Assembly (NCBI GenBank): GCA_965216305.1
Contig: OZ244144.1
Location: 3,244,409 to 3,308,408 of the forward strand
DNA from: Gammaproteobacteria bacterium
Lineage (GTDB): Bacteria > Pseudomonadota > Gammaproteobacteria > Ga0077536
Direction of reading: 5' to 3'
DNA: 64,000 bases
Each line of letters opens with the position of its first letter. The stretch's first letter is position 1. Below the pieces are notes generated by a model. It was not told where the DNA came from. It did not search any database and worked only from the letters and a program-made list of their open reading frames with translations. Shown here piece by piece: positions 58,267 through 64,000 of this stretch. A program made the translations under genes and the position numbers.

Positions 58267-58371
58267 CGTTGACAGCCGCTTGTGGCGCCCTGTCGTGGCT
58301 TCCCGGCTCGCGCGCCAGCGAAAACATTCCGCGAATTCTCACCTGAGGATACCGCGCGCCTCATTTTACAG

Positions 58372-59142
58372 TCAGGCGTTATCCCGCCCTTCTTCTGCCG
58401 CCGGCACCCGTTTCGGCGGCGGCCAACGGTAAGCCTGGCGTAACATCTCGGCCATTAAATCGCCACGCGAGGTGCCGCGGTATTTTTCCGCGAGTTTGAT
58501 CAGAATATTCCGTGCCTGCTTACCACCAAACAGCGACAGACCCGTGATCGCGCTTTGCGCCACGTAGTGGTTATCGCCGTCACTCATCGCCTCGAGGTAG
58601 GACAAATCATCGAGATGCCCGTTGAATCCGAGTGCCACCGCAACCTGGGCGCGGTTGAACTCATGCGCATCGTCCTTATGTGCACGCACGTAGTCAATAT
58701 AAATCTCCGTACGTACGATGCGGATCCGGTTCAGCGTGCTGGCGAGCGCGATCCGCGCCGGCGGTTGCGCGATGGACTCCCATGCCAATTCGGGGAACTT
58801 CGCCTCGTCGATTGCCCACATCCCGTCCAGCAAATGGATCACGCCGCGGTGCTGCCGCATCGTGTACAGCGCATGGATCGTGTTCGCAAGTGATACCGGA
58901 TCCGGATCGGTCAGCGCGCGGCGCGCATCGGCGAGCGTGGCGCGACCATACGTAATTTTCTGGCGTAGCCTGTTGTAGTCGTATTGCGCCGCAGGCGTTA
59001 CAGGGGCGGGCGCAACCGCCGCCACGGACTCCGCACCCCGTGGCGGGATCCGGGGCTGTTCCAGGGCGTTCGCGAAGACGGCGGCCAGCGCCACGGCGCC
59101 GGCAATGAGTGCGAGCCCGGCTAAGGGCGGAGATTGATTCAT
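58372..59142 (-). CDS. Hypothetical secreted helical-repeat protein.
   Basis: Signal peptide (LAGLALIAGAVALAAVFANA) and alpha-helical repeat-like composition. No family recognised. Confidence 0.55.
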   Translation of the reverse strand: MNQSPPLAGLALIAGAVALAAVFANALEQPRIPPRGAESVAAVAPAPVTPAAQYDYNRLRQKITYGRATLADARRALTDPDPVSLANTIHALYTMRQHRGVIHLLDGMWAIDEAKFPELAWESIAQPPARIALASTLNRIRIVRTEIYIDYVRAHKDDAHEFNRAQVAVALGFNGHLDDLSYLEAMSDGDNHYVAQSAITGLSLFGGKQARNILIKLAEKYRGTSRGDLMAEMLRQAYRWPPPKRVPAAEEGRDNA

Positions 59143-59251
59143 AAGCGTGATCGTGAACGGCGGAATTCGTCTAATCGCGGACTGCAGCAGGGCTCCCGAA
59201 TCCGGCGCCGTGACTTGCCGCGAATGAACGCATTAGTGCAGGGAACGTCGT

Positions 59252-59680
59252 CTAGCGATTCCAGCAGTCGTCGCCCGAGCCGGATTGCCCCTGTGCGCCC
59301 GTGTTCGTGTATGTCAGGTTCCCGCATTTCGTATCAGTAAAGCCCGAAGGCGTTGCAGTTAGTGTGAACGACTGGTTGTTCGCGCCCACGGTTACGGAAA
59401 TCGTGTAATGATTATTCTCCGACGTTGGGGCGATATTCGCGGTTGCGAGGTTGTTCGTGTACTGGTTGGTATCGGAATAAAGGCGCTCCATACGCGCCGC
59501 CGCATCGAGCAGGTGCGCGCGTGCCTCCGCGCGCTTCGCGCGCCGACCATATTCCTGGTAGGCGGGGTACGCAACCCCGGCGAGGATGCCAACGATGGCA
59601 ACCACGATCATGAGTTCAACCAGGGTTACCCCGCGCATCGCGCGGAAGCCTGGCGGCGTGTATCGCAGGGATTTGTTCAT
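59252..59680 (-). CDS. pilE: Type IV pilin (PilE-like minor/major pilin).
   Basis: Prepilin N-terminus ...[29 protein letters not shown] (class III signal, Glu5). C-terminal Cys pair (KCGNLTY...GDDCW). Confidence 0.85.
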   Translation of the reverse strand: MNKSLRYTPPGFRAMRGVTLVELMIVVAIVGILAGVAYPAYQEYGRRAKRAEARAHLLDAAARMERLYSDTNQYTNNLATANIAPTSENNHYTISVTVGANNQSFTLTATPSGFTDTKCGNLTYTNTGAQGQSGSGDDCWNR

Positions 59681-59765
59681 AACATTCTACCTAATTGCAC
59701 CGTTGTACTCCCTTGCGTCGGTTTGAATTCCGGCGCAAGGGTAGTCGACTCCGCGGCCGCCCCGA

Positions 59766-62700
59766 TTATTCTTCGTACCAGTATGTATTGAAGCGTGGCA
59801 AATCCGCTACCTTGCCAAGATTCTCCGCACCACCGCCGGTACCCACGAGCACCGTCACACCTTCAGCGGTGAAGATTGGTACCGCCTCCGACGGAATACC
59901 GGAGCCCAGCTCGGCCGCGCGATTCGTGATCGGATCGGGCGACGACGATGGATTCGTCGGGTCATCCGCGTCCCAGTCGAGCGCCGCGGCAGTGGAAAGT
60001 ATATTGAAGTTGTATGCAAACCCGGATCCCTCAGCGGCTTTGCACGGATCCTGGATCACCGAGACATCGTCCGGTATATAAGTGGTGAAAATCAGGATGT
60101 TCTGGAACACGCCTGATCCGGCGAGCACCTTCTCACCGGCCCGTCCGGAGTTCGCGGTGGCGAAATCGATATACCAACCGAGCGCATCCGGGATCGTACT
60201 GTCAGAGGAAGGATCAAGCACCGCGGTCGATACGTCGATCAATTCAGGGTTCGATCCGGTATCGACGATTGGCCCGCCATTCGCGGTCGCGTCAATATTC
60301 AGCGGATAGCTGTCCGCAATATTGTTCGAGTTCGTATCGGCCATCAGCCCGGTCGTGACATCGCGGAACCCGTAGAACCGGTCCTGCACCTCCGTATCGA
60401 GCGGGTTCGCACGATTACCCGTGCCGATTAGGACGTAGTCGTACTCACCGCCTGCCGCATCGGAATACTCCGTGTCGATTACCTGTACAACGCTCGGCTT
60501 GTAGAAGAACCGGCGTTCCTTCGCCAGCGTCCCGGCGGTCGAAACGCGAGCGAGAATGCCGACGACGGAATCGCCTTTGCCTTTCGTGTCGTCGTTCGCG
60601 GTAGGATCGATGTTCGTCAGATCAACGCGGAACAATTGCCCGGCCGTATCACCCACGTAGAGCCGATCGTCGAAGCCGTCGCCGTCGGAGTCGAATACCG
60701 TAACGTTCGAGGGGATCGAGTACTGCATCTCGGGAACGTAAATATTCCCGGCGGGAGTGGCGGAGTCACCGTTCACGGAGAAAATCAGATCACCCGTATC
60801 CGCATTGACAATGTATATCGCATTGCCGGCATTCGGTGTTCCCGCTTCGGCGCCGAAGTTCTTCGCGATGCCGGAACCGTCGTCGTCGTCCAGATTCGCA
60901 TCGTAACCGCCACCGAAGATGAACGTAGCGACCGGGCCGCTGGACGTGTCGATCGTTACAAGAGCCGGTTCGGACCAGGTCTGGCCCAGCGCAGCAAAGC
61001 CCGGCGTGGCACTCGATATGCTCCACAGGAATTTCGGTACGACAGAATCAAGCGCCGTCGTACTCGTCAGTTTCGCTGACGGCGTGAGATCGAGCGCGTA
61101 GATGTTGTCGCCTCCGCGGCGCTGCGAAATCACCACCTTCACCGAATCGCCAGCCGCGGGGTCAATCGTGCCGTCGGTATTGACGTCAGTGACATAGAGG
61201 ATCGGGGTCGAATCCATCCCGTAAATATGATTAATGGCGGTGTTGTCATACAGCGCCGGTTGCGCGCTTAGCACCGCGCGAGGCATAAACACCCACTCTT
61301 CTTCACCGGTTGTGCCATTGATGAAATGGAGACCACCGTCGTTCGTCCCAACGAGCACCTTGTCGATGAATTGCTGTGACGCGTTCTGCCCGTAGGTTAC
61401 GGCGACCGGGCTCGAATGCAGCACATCCTGGAACCACCAGCGCGTGCCCGCGGAAACCGCCGGCGGATTCGCGTCGAGAAACGTATTCTTGCCCAGCATC
61501 CACAGCATGCGCATTTCGCAATCCGAGCCCGCACTCACATCGGTCGGATCCGCGCACACCTGATCGCGCACAGCCGCTGCGTCAGCCGAATCCCAGTTCG
61601 TGCTGTCTATCTTGAAACCGGTATCAGCAAGCGACTGACCGGACGCTGCGAAAGCACCATTGTAGAAATCCGTGTACAGCGTCCGCTCCGTGAAATTCGT
61701 GATCTCACCGCCGGCGCCCCCAAGCCTCGTTGTGCGACCATCAACCAGATCACTCCACTCGCTCTGCGCCGCGGTGGAAAACAGGCCGTCGTCGGCTAAG
61801 GGACTCGCCGGGTTGGGGCTTTCAACAATGGCCTCCACGCCGTTCGCATCGAGTACGTCCCCAAGCCGGCAATCATCACCGTTACCCGGCGTGCCATCCG
61901 GATCCGGATCGACGCAGACGTTATATTTCTTCACGTTGCCGTCCCAACGGGGTTGTTCCGCCGGTTCAAACAGACCGAAAAAGACTTCGTCGCGCGAGAA
62001 CAGGCGGTTGAACGCGTTTGCCGCAATTGATGGGGCGACGAACGACGTATCTTTCTGCAGGATATCGTTCGTGATCGTTGTAAACGCGGCGACGAGTTCG
62101 TCCACCGTATTCGCGTTGAAGTACTTCCCGCCGCCGACCGAAGACTGGGCTTTTAGTACTCTAATTGCCTCAGGATCCGTTCTCGGCGCGCTGCACGAAC
62201 GCGTACCGTCACCGTTGTCGGTTGAATTACCTACCGCACAGCAAATCGATTCTCCGGTCGCGTCATCAACTGCCGTGACGTTACCAGTGCCGCATAAATT
62301 GAAACCGATGTTATAGATATCGAGCGTCTGCGAGTCCGCGATTGGCGCCGTTCCCGATTGTAGATTCTGACCACTCGAGTAGATCTGATCGTTTTCATGC
62401 AGAAACTTCGCGAGCTTCACCGTGCATTCGTCGTGCGAGTCACCGGAAAATCCAATCAGGCCCGAGAGCAGCGTTGGCGTATCGCACGATCCGAGTGTGA
62501 CGAGATTTCCGTCATCGTCGTGCGCCTGCAGCGCTTCGATACGATCCTGCTCGTCGATGCTGAGCAAGGGCAGCAGGTTGTTGTTCAGACCGGCGCCCGT
62601 GTAATACCCGGCGCCATCAGTCAGTTGCACAAGATAGTTCGACTGGCATTCAGAAATAATCGGACTCTTGTACTGTGGATCCCCGCCGGATATCACCTGG

Positions 62701-64000
62701 TCTGAGCAATCCGAATGGTTCAGATTCTCCTCCGAGCAGCTACCCGGGTAGGTCACCGTCGCGCCGTTTGGCGTATACGATGCTGCATGGCTCACGCGCG
62801 AAACACGATAACTCGATGACTGCGTCCCCCGTTGGCGGCCGTACAAAACGTCCTCACCACGGAAGTAGTAAGCCGCTTCGAGCATTGCCCCGGCGATCGG
62901 TGTGCCGCTTGCCTGGGTGAGTTCCTCGACGATACTCTTGAGTCGCTGACGTACCGTCGCCTTCACCGTCGTCGCCTGGCCTTCAAATGTGATCGTGAGG
63001 CGCGGCGCGGCCGCTGGGTTACGGTCGAAAGATTGCGCCACACGTTTACCGGACCCCGATACGAACAAGGCAAGATCATTACCTGCTTCCCAGGCGGTCT
63101 GATTGACGATTTCCTGGATGATCGTTTTCAGCTCGGGGGTGTCATGAAGTGCACCCGCCACCGAGAACGCGGCCGGTGCCCAGGACACGGACGCGCTGGT
63201 ACGCGGTCGGTTCGTTGTGTTCGTAATGTTGTTTGTGTTCGTCGAGAAGATTTCCGCGTCCGGCGATTTCTGCCCTTTCAGCACGAGCGACGTCGCGCCA
63301 CTGCCAACCTCGTCCACGGTGAACGTGAGCTTCGCGCTGGTGATTGTCGTGTTCTTCGCGATCGGAATTTCCGTGAAACGCAGCCCCACAACCTGCTCAT
63401 TGGATTCCTCCACCATCTCGAGGTCGCTGCTTGTCGCGTCGATATCGCCGGTAACGGTATCTTCCTCCGCGTCGTTATTCGTACCCGTCAATACGCTGAC
63501 GATAGTCGTCCGCGTACAGCCCGTCGGGTTGCTGCCGGCATCGTAGGTAATCGACAGTACGGGGGCTTTCTGGCTGTCGCCCTCGACGGAGTATGCCGTG
63601 CGCAAACCCTGGTCACCCCCGGTACGTTCGATCATGAACATTATGTCGTTGCCGCCGCACCAACCGCCGCGATTGACAATGGTCTGTACCTGGGCAGCCA
63701 AATCCGGCGTTGAATAGGTCTGGTCCACCGGCGCCCAGTCGCCTAGTGCCGGAGTAGAACCCGTATCCCATGTAATGCCGCTCGTGAACGTCCGCGAGGT
63801 AAATGGCGTGGCGGCCACGAACGGCGCTGCATCGTCAGCATTCTCAGCCTTGATCGAAAACGTCGGATTGTTGCCGATCGCTAATGTCGTATTGACAAAA
63901 TCGATGCGCGCGCCGGTGATCGTCGAACCCTGTGGAATATCGATGTCTGTGAAACGCAGCCCCGTACGCATGTTCGTGCCGGTCGGGCTGCTGCAAGTCT
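59766..64000 (-). CDS. pilY1: PilY1-like type IV pilus tip adhesin/biogenesis protein. Its N-terminus lies beyond the window edge.
   Basis: More than 1400 aa, directly upstream of the pilin gene. It has a C-terminal beta-propeller-like region with Asp-rich Ca-binding-like loops (FDSDGDGFDDRLYVGD), as in the PilY1/PilC family. The frame stays open from 63971 to base 64000. Confidence 0.8.
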   Translation of the reverse strand, partial: TCSSPTGTNMRTGLRFTDIDIPQGSTITGARIDFVNTTLAIGNNPTFSIKAENADDAAPFVAATPFTSRTFTSGITWDTGSTPALGDWAPVDQTYSTPDLAAQVQTIVNRGGWCGGNDIMFMIERTGGDQGLRTAYSVEGDSQKAPVLSITYDAGSNPTGCTRTTIVSVLTGTNNDAEEDTVTGDIDATSSDLEMVEESNEQVVGLRFTEIPIAKNTTITSAKLTFTVDEVGSGATSLVLKGQKSPDAEIFSTNTNNITNTTNRPRTSASVSWAPAAFSVAGALHDTPELKTIIQEIVNQTAWEAGNDLALFVSGSGKRVAQSFDRNPAAAPRLTITFEGQATTVKATVRQRLKSIVEELTQASGTPIAGAMLEAAYYFRGEDVLYGRQRGTQSSSYRVSRVSHAASYTPNGATVTYPGSCSEENLNHSDCSDQVISGGDPQYKSPIISECQSNYLVQLTDGAGYYTGAGLNNNLLPLLSIDEQDRIEALQAHDDDGNLVTLGSCDTPTLLSGLIGFSGDSHDECTVKLAKFLHENDQIYSSGQNLQSGTAPIADSQTLDIYNIGFNLCGTGNVTAVDDATGESICCAVGNSTDNGDGTRSCSAPRTDPEAIRVLKAQSSVGGGKYFNANTVDELVAAFTTITNDILQKDTSFVAPSIAANAFNRLFSRDEVFFGLFEPAEQPRWDGNVKKYNVCVDPDPDGTPGNGDDCRLGDVLDANGVEAIVESPNPASPLADDGLFSTAAQSEWSDLVDGRTTRLGGAGGEITNFTERTLYTDFYNGAFAASGQSLADTGFKIDSTNWDSADAAAVRDQVCADPTDVSAGSDCEMRMLWMLGKNTFLDANPPAVSAGTRWWFQDVLHSSPVAVTYGQNASQQFIDKVLVGTNDGGLHFINGTTGEEEWVFMPRAVLSAQPALYDNTAINHIYGMDSTPILYVTDVNTDGTIDPAAGDSVKVVISQRRGGDNIYALDLTPSAKLTSTTALDSVVPKFLWSISSATPGFAALGQTWSEPALVTIDTSSGPVATFIFGGGYDANLDDDDGSGIAKNFGAEAGTPNAGNAIYIVNADTGDLIFSVNGDSATPAGNIYVPEMQYSIPSNVTVFDSDGDGFDDRLYVGDTAGQLFRVDLTNIDPTANDDTKGKGDSVVGILARVSTAGTLAKERRFFYKPSVVQVIDTEYSDAAGGEYDYVLIGTGNRANPLDTEVQDRFYGFRDVTTGLMADTNSNNIADSYPLNIDATANGGPIVDTGSNPELIDVSTAVLDPSSDSTIPDALGWYIDFATANSGRAGEKVLAGSGVFQNILIFTTYIPDDVSVIQDPCKAAEGSGFAYNFNILSTAAALDWDADDPTNPSSSPDPITNRAAELGSGIPSEAVPIFTAEGVTVLVGTGGGAENLGKVADLPRFNTYWYEE

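Overview
This window is mostly one integrative conjugative element (ICE) of the PFGI-1/ICEclc/pKLC102 type, on the minus strand and integrated next to a tRNA-Thr(CGU) gene at 55678-55750. By composition and gene content the host is a GC-rich Gamma- or Betaproteobacterium. The ICE backbone is recognisable: a TraG-like protein, a VirB4/TraC-like ATPase, about 12 small PFL_47xx-type mating-pair proteins, TraD, a lytic transglycosylase, ParB, a ParM-like ATPase, RadC, STY4528/STY4534-like proteins and a tyrosine integrase. Several visibly more AT-rich cargo modules interrupt it. (1) At 29.4-34.5 kb, the window centre, a tightly coupled four-gene operon encodes a C5 cytosine methyltransferase, a 726-aa protein with two GHKL ATPase modules (N-terminal MORC/MutL-like, C-terminal histidine-kinase-like), a 407-aa protein with a receiver-like N-terminus and an unrecognisable C-terminus, and a 204-aa orphan. 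I consider this the best candidate for an undescribed, phosphorelay-gated defence or epigenetic system. (2) At 13.0-16.3 kb there is a Dcm-type MTase / Vsr / restriction endonuclease module, with a palindromic operator in its promoter. (3) At 8.7-11.5 kb a fatty-acyl-AMP-ligase-like gene is coupled to an unknown gene, next to a decayed IS transposase. (4) At 1-7.6 kb there is an operon of two very large unrecognised proteins (at least 854 aa and 1667 aa). The right end shows tandem island accretion at the tRNA: a degenerate copy of the tRNA 3' half and an integrase remnant. Chromosomal flank follows, with a Fur-family regulator, a PEP-CTERM protein, a DUF4124 protein, a type IV pilin and a PilY1-like adhesin truncated by the window edge. 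No CRISPR array, rRNA or ICE relaxase was seen. All family assignments come from motifs read by eye and need HMM or structure searches to confirm.
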